DNA of 64,000 bases from Smithella sp. (GTDB lineage Bacteria; Desulfobacterota; Syntrophia; Syntrophales; Smithellaceae), in NCBI GenBank assembly GCA_049523355.1, contig JBEKMY010000009.1:3539-67538 (forward strand), given 5' to 3'. Both the position numbers and the translations under genes were made by a program. Shown here in pieces: positions 8,043 to 16,762 of this stretch. Position 1 is the first letter of the stretch. Every line of letters starts with the position of its first letter. The notes beneath the pieces were generated by a model that saw only the letters and a list, made by a program, of their open reading frames with translations, made no database searches and was not told where the DNA came from.

Positions 8043-10385
8043 CTATTTTTGTTTACTTTTCATCTTATCGAGTCTTGACTGCGCCTCCTCGTGCCCTTGC
8101 GCAGCTGCCTCACTATACCAAACCTCTGCCGAAGAAGAATCCCGTTTAACGCCTCTACCCTCTTCTAATATTAAACCAATATTGAACTGTGCATCTGCAA
8201 TCCCTTTCTCAGCAGCTTTTAAAAACCACCTTGCAGCTTCGGCATAGTCCTGTAATCCTTGACTAAACATCAGTCCCAGATGATATTGGGCTTCAGCATG
8301 ACCCTGTTCACCGGCCTTGAAATACCATTTGGTTGCCGCAGCATTGTCTTGCTCAACGCCTGTACCTTCTTCATATGCCAAACCCAAATAAAACTGTGCG
8401 GATGCGATTCCCTGTTCAGCAGCCTTGCGACACCATTTGATGGTCTCTGCGTTGGTCTGCAAAACACCGGCGCCAGTTTCGTACATTGTGTTTAGATTAT
8501 TCCTGGCATCTGCATCACCCTGCGCGGCGGCCTTGAGATACCATTTAATTGCCGCAGCATTACTTTGCCCAACCAGCATTGCTCTGCCCATCGTGTCCTT
8601 ACCCCTTTGATACATCATACCCAACTTATTCTGGGCAGCAGCAATTCCTTTCCCGGCAGCTTTGATAATAGTCTCTGCATCTTCTTCCTCAACATCTTTA
8701 TCTTTTTCTGATACCAAACTGGTACCGGGCTGTTCATCTGCAATCCTCTGTTCCTCAACTTCGCCGGCAGCCTCTGCTTTGTCCTGCTCAACATCTTTTC
8801 TTTCATCTAATACCAAATCAGCACCGTGCTGCTTATCTGTAATCTCCTGTTCTTCAACCTTGCTGGTGGTCTCTACATTCTCTTGCGGTATATTTTTGCT
8901 TTCATCTAATGCCAAATCAACATGAAACTGTTCATCCGCATCCTCTTGTTCTGCAACCTCGCTGATATCCTCTGCCTTGTCTTGCTCAACATCTTTTCTT
9001 TGATCTAATGCCAAATCAACATGGAGCTGTTCATCCGCATCCTCTTGTTCTGTAACCTCGCTGACAGCCTCTGCCTTGCCTTGTGCAACATCCTTTCTTT
9101 CATCTGATACCAAACCAGCATCGTGCTGCTTATCTGCATCCTCTTGTTCTATAACCTCGCTGACATCTTCTGCCTTGTCTTGCTCAACATCTTTTTTGCC
9201 TTCTTCTGAATCGTTAATGATAGCCCCTGTTTTATTTAAAGGAATATCATACATCAAACTCAAATTGAACTTGGCTTCATCATGACCCTGTTCAGCAGCC
9301 TTGACATACCATTTTACAGCCTCAGCCTGATACATCATGCCAAGACTATTCTGGGCATCAGCATGGCCCTGCCCGGCAGCCTTGAGATACCAATTCATGG
9401 CTTGGGCATCGTCTTGCGGTACACCTTCACCATCCTGGTACATCTTACCCAGGTTATTCTGGGCATCAGCATCACCTTCTTCGGCAGCTTTGAGATACCA
9501 TTTTATGGCTTCAGTTCTGTCTTGCGGAACGCCTTTACCATGCTGGTACATCATACCCAAGTTATTCCGGGCAGCAGCATTGCCTTGTGCAGCAGCTTTG
9601 AGATACCATATCATGGCTTCAGCATAGTTCTGCTCAACGCCTTTACCATGCTGGTACATCATACCCAGGTTATTCTGGGCATCAGCATGATCCTGCCCGG
9701 CAGCCTTAAGATACCATTTTATGGCTTGGGCTTTGTCTTGCACAACACCTTTACCATTCTGGCACATCATCCCCAGTTCATTCTGGGCATCAGCATGACC
9801 CTGTTCGGCAGCCTTAAGATACCATTTTGCGGCTTCAGCATCGTTTTGCACCACGCCTTTACCCTGCTGGTACATCATACCCAGTTTATTCTGAGCATCA
9901 ACATGACCCTGCCCGGCAGCCTGGAGATACCACTTTATGGCTTCAGCATCGTTTTGCAGAACGCCTTTACCATACTGATACATCATGCCAAGTTCATTCT
10001 GGGCATCAGCATGACCCTGCCCGGCAGCCTGGAGATACCATTTTGCAGCCTCGACATCGTTTTGAGGAACACCAATACCTTGCTGGTACATCACTCCCAG
10101 TTCATTCTGGGCATCCTCATGACCCTGCCCGGCAGCCTGAAGATACCATTTTACGGCTTCGGCATCATCTTGAGGAACGCCCTTACCATGCTGGTACATC
10201 ATGCCCAGGTTATGCTGGGCATCAGCATGACCCTGCCCGGCAGCCTTGAGATACCATTTTATGGCCTCAGCATCATCTTGAGGAACACCTTTACCCTGCT
10301 GGTACATCATGCCAAGCAGGTTTTGAGCAGAAGCATCACTTGCATCTGCCAACTTCCTGTATAGTTTATCTTCTTTTTTACTCAT
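8043..10385 (-). CDS. Sel1-repeat (SLR/TPR-like) protein with central acidic repeat linker
   Basis: About 10 N-terminal and about 5 C-terminal 36-aa units of the type AEAxKWYxKAAxQGHAxAQxxLGxMYxxGxGVxQD. The centre has five 33-aa acidic repeats. No signal peptide is evident. Confidence 0.85.
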   Translation of the reverse strand: MSKKEDKLYRKLADASDASAQNLLGMMYQQGKGVPQDDAEAIKWYLKAAGQGHADAQHNLGMMYQHGKGVPQDDAEAVKWYLQAAGQGHEDAQNELGVMYQQGIGVPQNDVEAAKWYLQAAGQGHADAQNELGMMYQYGKGVLQNDAEAIKWYLQAAGQGHVDAQNKLGMMYQQGKGVVQNDAEAAKWYLKAAEQGHADAQNELGMMCQNGKGVVQDKAQAIKWYLKAAGQDHADAQNNLGMMYQHGKGVEQNYAEAMIWYLKAAAQGNAAARNNLGMMYQHGKGVPQDRTEAIKWYLKAAEEGDADAQNNLGKMYQDGEGVPQDDAQAMNWYLKAAGQGHADAQNSLGMMYQAEAVKWYVKAAEQGHDEAKFNLSLMYDIPLNKTGAIINDSEEGKKDVEQDKAEDVSEVIEQEDADKQHDAGLVSDERKDVAQGKAEAVSEVTEQEDADEQLHVDLALDQRKDVEQDKAEDISEVAEQEDADEQFHVDLALDESKNIPQENVETTSKVEEQEITDKQHGADLVLDERKDVEQDKAEAAGEVEEQRIADEQPGTSLVSEKDKDVEEEDAETIIKAAGKGIAAAQNKLGMMYQRGKDTMGRAMLVGQSNAAAIKWYLKAAAQGDADARNNLNTMYETGAGVLQTNAETIKWCRKAAEQGIASAQFYLGLAYEEGTGVEQDNAAATKWYFKAGEQGHAEAQYHLGLMFSQGLQDYAEAARWFLKAAEKGIADAQFNIGLILEEGRGVKRDSSSAEVWYSEAAAQGHEEAQSRLDKMKSKQK
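8700..9194 (-). repeat. tandem 99-bp coding repeats (acidic 33-aa units)
   Basis: KDVEQDKAEDVSEVIEQEDADKQHDAGLVSDER-type unit repeated 5 times. Coordinates are approximate. Confidence 0.7.
9282..10334 (-). repeat. tandem 108-bp coding repeats (Sel1 units)
   Basis: Near-identical 36-aa units in series. One unit (..LGMMYQ|AEAVKWY..) lacks 9 aa. Confidence 0.8.
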
Positions 10386-10827
10386 ATTAAATCACACGCT
10401 TATCCCGCTTATAACACTTAGTCTATTTGCTGATGACGAAGTGAAGAAGATTTGTTGAATGCCTAACTTAAATTTTATTAGTTTGCATAACGTATATAAT
10501 CTATTTCATAAAACGTCATATGGCAAGTCCAATTTTATCTATTATTCCCAATTGCAATGTTAAAAATTCAGAGGATTTAATTATATTGACTGCTTTGTAA
10601 AACAGAAAAATGCTGATTTATTATAGGAGGAATTTATTAAATAAATCAATGGCATAAACCTCAACTCAAACATTAGAAAGCAACAAGCTTCTCTCTTGAA
10701 ATTATCCCTCTCTTTTTGATCTAATATGGCTTTAGTCTTGTAATTATTTAATACTCTTCGGTATTATTACGATTGCTACCATTTTTATCAACTAGTTATA
10801 CTTTGACGTACTTCAAATTTAATTTTT

Positions 10828-10850
10828 ATTTCATAGTATGACTATGAAAT
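10828..10850. promoter_or_regulatory. perfect 10-3-10 palindrome, candidate TetR operator
   Basis: atttcatagt-atg-actatgaaat. Its 13-bp core agtatgactatga recurs at 10866-10878, overlapping the promoter. Confidence 0.55.
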
Positions 10851-10860
10851 AAAATAATAC

Positions 10861-10889
10861 TTGACAGTATGACTATGATGATGTATGTT
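10861..10889 (+). promoter_or_regulatory. sigma70-like promoter of the tetR-abfD2 operon
   Basis: TTGACA (10861-10866), 17-nt spacer, TATGTT (10884-10889). Confidence 0.5.
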
Positions 10890-10910
10890 AAATCATCATC
10901 AACGGAGGAT

Positions 10911-11627
10911 ATGATGATGACGGATAAGAGTCGCCCTAAAACAAGAAAAGACCGTATTATGGATGCTGCTTTACGCATCTTTGCCGAAAAGGGCTTCCAG
11001 AACGCGACGATTACCGAAATCAGTAAAGCAGCCGGGGTTTCAGAAGCCACAATATACGAATATTTCGGCACAAAAGAAGACCTTCTCTTCGCCATTCCCG
11101 AAAAAGTGTCTAATGAAACCTTTGAAGAATCATCAAAAGTCATACCCTATATCAAAGGAGTGGAAGGAAAAATCAGAGCTATTCTGCTTTTCTATGTCCA
11201 GCTTTACCAATCCAATCCCAACTACTCAGCACTGGTTCTTCTGCAATTAATGTCCAATAAGAGATTTCGCCATACACCCGCACATGCTGCTATACGGCGG
11301 TCATCTCATAATTTTTTGGATTGCATCAAGGAGGGAATAGCCAACGGAACTTTCAAAAAGGATTCTAATCCTTATTTGATTCGCTCCATGTTCATGGGTA
11401 CTGTCGAGCACTTATTCATTCATTGGCATATGAAGGGAATGCCTAAACGAAAGCCAAGCATCGCGGATATGCTCGATCCTTTAATCGAAATTGTTTTTGA
11501 CGGCATCCGCGCAAGGAAAGAAGAATCAGGCCCGACGCTGTACCTGAAATTGGAAGACGCCGGCGTTTTGGAGAAAATTTTAAAGAAAAAAGATGGAGGA
11601 ACATCCTCAAAAGATAAAACCAAATAA
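10911..11627 (+). CDS. TetR/AcrR family transcriptional regulator
   Basis: HTH region RIMDAALRIFAEKGFQNATITEISKAAGVSEATIYEYF. The start is taken at the ATG cluster 10911-10917 after GGAGG (10904-10908). Confidence 0.85.
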   Translation: MMMTDKSRPKTRKDRIMDAALRIFAEKGFQNATITEISKAAGVSEATIYEYFGTKEDLLFAIPEKVSNETFEESSKVIPYIKGVEGKIRAILLFYVQLYQSNPNYSALVLLQLMSNKRFRHTPAHAAIRRSSHNFLDCIKEGIANGTFKKDSNPYLIRSMFMGTVEHLFIHWHMKGMPKRKPSIADMLDPLIEIVFDGIRARKEESGPTLYLKLEDAGVLEKILKKKDGGTSSKDKTK

Positions 11628-11655
11628 CCAAAAACTTTTTAAAAGGGGTATTAAA

Positions 11656-13158
11656 ATGAGAACAAAACAAGATTTTATAAACGCCCTGTCGAAAATGAAA
11701 CGCAACATCTATTTTGATGGCAATCTGATCGATCGGACGGACGAACTGCAAAGCGACTGCATCAATGTTATGGGAACGACGTACGATGAAGCGGCCAAAC
11801 CCGAAAATGAACGTCTGATGACTGCCACATCTCACCTCACCGGAGAGAAGATTAACCGTTTTACCCATATTCACCAGAGCAAGGAAGACCTGCACTGTAA
11901 GCAGGATATGACGCGTATGCTGTGCCAGAAAGTCGGTGGCTGTATCCAGCGATGCATGGGCATAGATGCCACAAACGCCATTTACAATGTCTCGTATGAA
12001 GCGGATAAAGTAAAAAAGGGCGAGACCAATTATCACGAAAACTTCAAGAAATGGCTGACCCGTTTCCAGAAGGAAGACATGATCGCCGCATCCGCTCAGA
12101 CGGACACCAAGGGCGACAGAATGCTGCGCCCTGCCGAGCAGCCCAATCCCGGTTCTTATGTGTATATCAAGGAGAGAACCAAGGACGGCATCATTGTGGA
12201 AGGCTGCAAGGTGCACATTTCCGAAGCGTCCGTATCTGATGAAATCCTTGTTATACCTACCCGCGCGCTCAGGCCCGAAGACAAAGACTACGCCGTGGCT
12301 TTTGCCGTTCCCGGAGACTGCGATGGAATGAAACAAGTTGTAACCATTCATAACTACCGTCAACGCGATCATTATAAACGCGGTTTTACCCCGGGACTTA
12401 CCGACTCATATCTGATTTTTGAAAACTGTTTCGTGCCGTGGGAGAGAGTGTTTTTAGCAGGCGAACATATGCACGGCGGCATATTAGCCCTGCTGTTTGC
12501 CTTGTTCCATCGCCATTCATACTCCGGCTGCAAACCGGCTATCGGCGATATTCTGCTGGGGAAAGCAGCACTGGCAGCCGAATGCAACAACGTACATAAA
12601 GAATCACACGTCCGCGAGAAACTGGCTGAGATCATCATGACCACTGAGCTGGGTTATGCCGCGGGCTATACGGCATCCGATCTGGCCAAACCGGAAGTTT
12701 ATATTCCGGGTATGGGTTTTGTTCCTTTTGGTCCCGGTTCCTATATTCCCCATTCGATATACTGTAATGTCGGCCGGTGTCTCTCCGGCGAGGCGGTCTA
12801 TCGCGAAGCAGAAATTCTTTGTGATATCTCCGGCGGTGTTGCGGCTACATTCCCGCATGAAAAAGATTTTGCAAATCCGTCAACAGGTGAAGCGCTTTTG
12901 AAATACACCAAACGCAATCCGAAGATATCGGCAGAGGATCAGGCACAGTTCTGGCGATACATCGGCGACGAGATGTGTTCATCGACTGGCGGTATTTACA
13001 ATATAGGCAATTACCACGGCGGCGGATCGCCTATCATGGAGCAAATCGCCATCACGACTCAGTACGACATCGAGTCCCGTAAAAAGGTGGTGAAATATAT
13101 TGCCGGCATGAGCGGCGGTGACCGTGAAGCGCTGGCGCCCAAGACAGTGAAAAAGTAA
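11656..13158 (+). CDS. AbfD-type 4-hydroxybutyryl-CoA dehydratase paralog (HpaB superfamily)
   Basis: Homologous along its length to 5895-7346. Retains CIQRC and HRHSYSGC ligand motifs. Start ATG 11656 (MRTKQDF) avoids overlap with tetR. Confidence 0.7.
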   Translation: MRTKQDFINALSKMKRNIYFDGNLIDRTDELQSDCINVMGTTYDEAAKPENERLMTATSHLTGEKINRFTHIHQSKEDLHCKQDMTRMLCQKVGGCIQRCMGIDATNAIYNVSYEADKVKKGETNYHENFKKWLTRFQKEDMIAASAQTDTKGDRMLRPAEQPNPGSYVYIKERTKDGIIVEGCKVHISEASVSDEILVIPTRALRPEDKDYAVAFAVPGDCDGMKQVVTIHNYRQRDHYKRGFTPGLTDSYLIFENCFVPWERVFLAGEHMHGGILALLFALFHRHSYSGCKPAIGDILLGKAALAAECNNVHKESHVREKLAEIIMTTELGYAAGYTASDLAKPEVYIPGMGFVPFGPGSYIPHSIYCNVGRCLSGEAVYREAEILCDISGGVAATFPHEKDFANPSTGEALLKYTKRNPKISAEDQAQFWRYIGDEMCSSTGGIYNIGNYHGGGSPIMEQIAITTQYDIESRKKVVKYIAGMSGGDREALAPKTVKK

Positions 13159-13283
13159 TTTCCCCATGCATCGGGTGTCTGCAGGTAAAACTGCTGACAT
13201 CCGATGTCAACTTTTCAAAAAAAAGTTGCAAATTTCCACCAAATCATTTTTACCTAATATAGAAAACTCAAAGGAGAATTACT

Positions 13284-14084
13284 ATGTTTGATATATCCCG
13301 ATTTTCATTAAAAGGAAAAGTGGCAATCATTACCGGCGGCGGCCGCGGCATCGGCCAAGCCATAGCATTTGCTTTTGCAAAAGCCGGAGCCAAGGTTGTC
13401 GTTACCAGCCGCAAGGCGCAGGACCTGGAAGCGACGGCAAACGAAATTAAAGCCTTCGGCGGTGAAGCTTTTCCGCTTCCGGCTCATTTGGGCAAAACGG
13501 AAGAAATTAAAAAAATGATCGATGCCGTAGTGGCAAAATACGGACGGATTGATATTCTGGTCAACAACGCCGGCGCAAGTCCCGCCATGGGTTCGGTCCT
13601 TGAATGTGACGACCGCCTCTGGGATAAACTAATGGATATAAATCTGAAAGGTGCTTACTTCGTCAGTCAGGCCGCAGCCAATATTATGGTCAAGCAGGGC
13701 GGGGGCAAAATCATCAATATCGCTTCCGTGGACGGGTACAATCCCGAACCGGGTTTAAGCATCTATTCTATTTCCAAAGCCGGCATGAGAATGCTGACAA
13801 AAGCCTTTGCCAGTGAACTTCTCCGTTTTAACATTCAGGTAAACACAATCGCTCCGGGACCGGTTAACACCAAGATGATGAATTCTCACTGGGGACACTT
13901 GCCGCCCGAAGAAGCTCAAAAAGTAAAAGAAATGGTAGAAAAAGCTTTGCCCTCCGGTCGAATAGGCAATCCCGATGAAATATGCGGCGCCGCGCTCTAT
14001 CTGGCATCGGATGCCGCAAGCTATACCACGGGAGCGGAAATTTTGATCGACGGCGGCTTGCTGCTGGGCAATCATCTTTCCTGA
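13284..14084 (+). CDS. short-chain dehydrogenase/reductase (SDR) family oxidoreductase
   Basis: TGGGRGIG cofactor motif, NNAG, YSISKAG catalytic motif. Confidence 0.85.
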   Translation: MFDISRFSLKGKVAIITGGGRGIGQAIAFAFAKAGAKVVVTSRKAQDLEATANEIKAFGGEAFPLPAHLGKTEEIKKMIDAVVAKYGRIDILVNNAGASPAMGSVLECDDRLWDKLMDINLKGAYFVSQAAANIMVKQGGGKIINIASVDGYNPEPGLSIYSISKAGMRMLTKAFASELLRFNIQVNTIAPGPVNTKMMNSHWGHLPPEEAQKVKEMVEKALPSGRIGNPDEICGAALYLASDAASYTTGAEILIDGGLLLGNHLS

Positions 14085-14112
14085 TTATACCAATCCTGAA
14101 GGAAGAATTAAT

Positions 14113-14652
14113 ATGATCAGTCGTGACAACACTGTTTTAGTTGCAATTGATATTCAGGGCAATCTTGCCCAGGCTATGTTTGACAAGGAAAATCTTTTCT
14201 CCAATACTGTAAAATTGATTAAAGGATTTAAAGTCTTGAGCCTGCCGATTATTGTCACCGAACAAATCCCGCAAAAACTTGGACCAACGTCACCGCAGAT
14301 AGCCGCGGAACTTGAGGGCATTAAACCGATAGCAAAGGAATCTTTCAGTTGTTGGGAAGACGAGCATTTCCATAGGCAGTTGAAAGCGTTAAGCCGCCGG
14401 CATGTAGTCCTCCTGGGGATCGAAACCCATGTTTGCGTTTATCAGACCGCTCTGGATCTAATCTCCAATGGTTATGATGTTCATCTGGCTGCCGACGCCG
14501 TTTCATCGCGCACACCGGAAAACCGCCGGATCGGAATTAACGCAATGAAAAGCGCGGGCGCAAAAATCACCTCCACGGAAATGGTTTTATTTGAACTACT
14601 GCGAACCGCCGCAGACCCGAAAGCAAAAGAACTTTTTAAAATTATAAAATAA
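14113..14652 (+). CDS. isochorismatase-family cysteine hydrolase
   Basis: VLVAIDIQ... and LLGIETHVCVYQTALDL pattern. Confidence 0.75.
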   Translation: MISRDNTVLVAIDIQGNLAQAMFDKENLFSNTVKLIKGFKVLSLPIIVTEQIPQKLGPTSPQIAAELEGIKPIAKESFSCWEDEHFHRQLKALSRRHVVLLGIETHVCVYQTALDLISNGYDVHLAADAVSSRTPENRRIGINAMKSAGAKITSTEMVLFELLRTAADPKAKELFKIIK

Positions 14653-14683
14653 ACCAATTTTTAATTTCTAATCAGAACCGGAT

Positions 14684-14908
14684 TTAACTTTGTGCGGTTC
14701 TTCCTATGAGAATATCAATCACGCATTGGTTGGTTGCCTTCAATAAGTCAAAGGAATAGTTGCGATTACTGATGATGCAACCCGCCAGAGGCGGCTCAAA
14801 TTCGATCATCATATGTCACGACATGGTCGTGATATTTGGATAACCATGTCGTGCAGTCGCGACCATGACAACCGGCCCCGGTTCAAAAAGACTATAAACC
14901 TTGGACAA
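14684..14908 (-). pseudogene. flavin reductase-like domain gene remnant (in-frame TGA, truncated)
   Basis: Minus-strand translation is LSKVYSLFEPGPVVMVATARHGYPNITTMS*HMMIEFEPPLAGCIISNRNYSFDLLKATNQCVIDI.... TGA (14816-14818) replaces the expected conserved Trp. Similarity ends after about 70 aa, whereas the family is about 160-200 aa. Confidence 0.55.
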
Positions 14909-15142
14909 TTGATTTATGATGTTAATTAACCTGATTTACATGCAATCATGCCCAAATCCCTTGAAAGCTTTTTACAAATAGAAACTTGAATCTAAAAAAA
15001 ACTCTGGAAGAGTTGAAATAATAAAAACATAAACGTTACGGTTTGTAAATATTCCTTGGAAACGAATTGTCAAACAGCTCGATTTTAGATATATAAGTGC
15101 AAGTTTATGAGTTTTGATTAAAGTGGAATTTGAGGGGGAGCA

Positions 15143-16681
15143 ATGAACGCTGAAAATGCTGTCAATCAACACAGGTTCTGGGGGGAGACAACCGCTTTTC
15201 TTGCTCTTTTTTTCGATAATGTGGGAGTGCTGATATTTTTCAGCGCGATCCTCGTCTTCACTTTCAACTATCCGGCGGAAATTATCCTAACGCGCATGAT
15301 TCCGGGCACGGCCGTCGGAATTTGTGCGGGCGATCTTGTCTATACGTGGCTTGCCATCCGTTTAAGACGAAAAACCGGACGCACCGATGTCACGGCGATG
15401 CCACTGGGTATAGATACGCCTTCAACCATCGGCATTGCCTACGCTGTCATGGGCCCCGCTTATATTGCCACTCGTGACGCTCAACTCACATGGCACATCG
15501 GCATGGCCACTCTCTTTATGATCGGCGCCGTTAAGATATTCACATCATTTTTCGGCGGATGGGTTCAGCGCATCATTCCCACCGCGGGACTGCTGGGACC
15601 ACTAGCGGGAATCGGGCTTCTGCTGCTGGGATTTCTGCCGATGATCGAAATATTCAACGAGGCTGTCGTCGGCATGGTCGCCTTGGGGCTGATATTCACG
15701 ACGCTCATGACCAAATTGCATCTTCCGGGCCGCCTGCCCGGTGTTCTCGCCGCAGTTATTCTGGGCACCGGTATTCATTTTGCTCTGGGCTATGGCGGAT
15801 ACCTGCCTGAGTTTAACGCGCCGATTTTGCAGATGAATTTTTCTTTACCCGTTTTTTCAATGGATTTTCTTAAAACACTGCCGAAGAGCATTCAGTATCT
15901 GCCCATCGCCATACCTTTCGGTATTTTGACAATTATCGGCGGCATCAATAATACGGAGAGCGCCCGCCTGGCAGGCGACAATTACCGCACAAGGGATATC
16001 CTGCTTACGGAGGCATTCACATCGCTGATCGCGGCTTTCTTCGGCGGAGTTGCGCAAACTACGCCATATATAGGCCATCCGGCATACAAAAAAATGGGAG
16101 CGACCTGGTGGTACACTTTGCTTACAGGACTGCTCATCGGTGTATGCTCCGTCGTCGGACTGCTTTCACTTTTTATCAGTCTTATCCCGCGGGCGGTCAT
16201 CGCGCCGATTTTCATCTTCATCGGTTTTGAAATCATCCGTCAGGCATTCAATGATTCGCCGCCCGCTCATTCCCCGGCAGTAAGTTTAAGCTTTCTGCCT
16301 GTTGTCGCCTCTCTCATGCTTATCATTCTGGGTCAATTCATGGGTGCGCTGAATGCTACACCGGATAAGCTGCCTGTGCGTCTGCAAATTATGCATCAAA
16401 CACTGACGATGCTCAGTAACGGCTTTATTCTTACGGGACTTCTGTGGGGAAGTATGCTGGCATATCTCATCGACAACAAGGCGCGGATGGCGGCCTTATA
16501 CTGTGCCGTATGCGCCGTATTGACATTGTTTGGCATTATTCATTCAGTGATGCCCAGTGGTGAACTTTACCTGCCCTGGCGCGTCACAACAACGCATGCC
16601 CATTACATGCTCGCGGCTGCCTATCTTGCGCTATCGGGCATACTGCTTTTACTTAGAGGGAAGACAGATACAGTATATTGA
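15143..16681 (+). CDS. polytopic permease (possibly NCS2/AzgA-like nucleobase-type transporter)
   Basis: 512 aa with 12 or more hydrophobic segments. Family assignment is from overall resemblance only. Confidence 0.45.
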   Translation: MNAENAVNQHRFWGETTAFLALFFDNVGVLIFFSAILVFTFNYPAEIILTRMIPGTAVGICAGDLVYTWLAIRLRRKTGRTDVTAMPLGIDTPSTIGIAYAVMGPAYIATRDAQLTWHIGMATLFMIGAVKIFTSFFGGWVQRIIPTAGLLGPLAGIGLLLLGFLPMIEIFNEAVVGMVALGLIFTTLMTKLHLPGRLPGVLAAVILGTGIHFALGYGGYLPEFNAPILQMNFSLPVFSMDFLKTLPKSIQYLPIAIPFGILTIIGGINNTESARLAGDNYRTRDILLTEAFTSLIAAFFGGVAQTTPYIGHPAYKKMGATWWYTLLTGLLIGVCSVVGLLSLFISLIPRAVIAPIFIFIGFEIIRQAFNDSPPAHSPAVSLSFLPVVASLMLIILGQFMGALNATPDKLPVRLQIMHQTLTMLSNGFILTGLLWGSMLAYLIDNKARMAALYCAVCAVLTLFGIIHSVMPSGELYLPWRVTTTHAHYMLAAAYLALSGILLLLRGKTDTVY

Positions 16682-16762
16682 TAATTGCATTTTCTTCTCG
16701 ATTATTAAATAAAAAACTCCCCGATATTTAAACAATCTATCGGGGAGTTTTTTCTAAACTTT

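Noticed and set aside
9282-10364. 360-aa plus-strand ORF (and several 60-140-aa ORFs) opposite the Sel1 gene
   Set aside because: These are shadow ORFs created by the periodic repeat DNA. The translations are low-complexity (..HHTQVILGISMTLPGSLEIPF.. repeated) with no start or RBS context. The minus-strand Sel1 reading is clearly the real one.
8043-10385. Regularly spaced repeats as a possible CRISPR array
   Set aside because: The repeats are contiguous 108/99-bp coding units in one long open frame with no unique spacers. No cas genes are in the window.
11443-12372. 309-aa minus-strand ORF antisense to the second AbfD paralog
   Set aside because: It has no recognisable domain and lies wholly inside a well-supported plus-strand gene with conserved motifs.
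14672-14701. Hairpin agaaccg-N14-cggttct after the isochorismatase-family gene as a terminator
   Set aside because: It has a short stem, a large loop and no following T-tract. It also overlaps the end of the flavin-reductase remnant.
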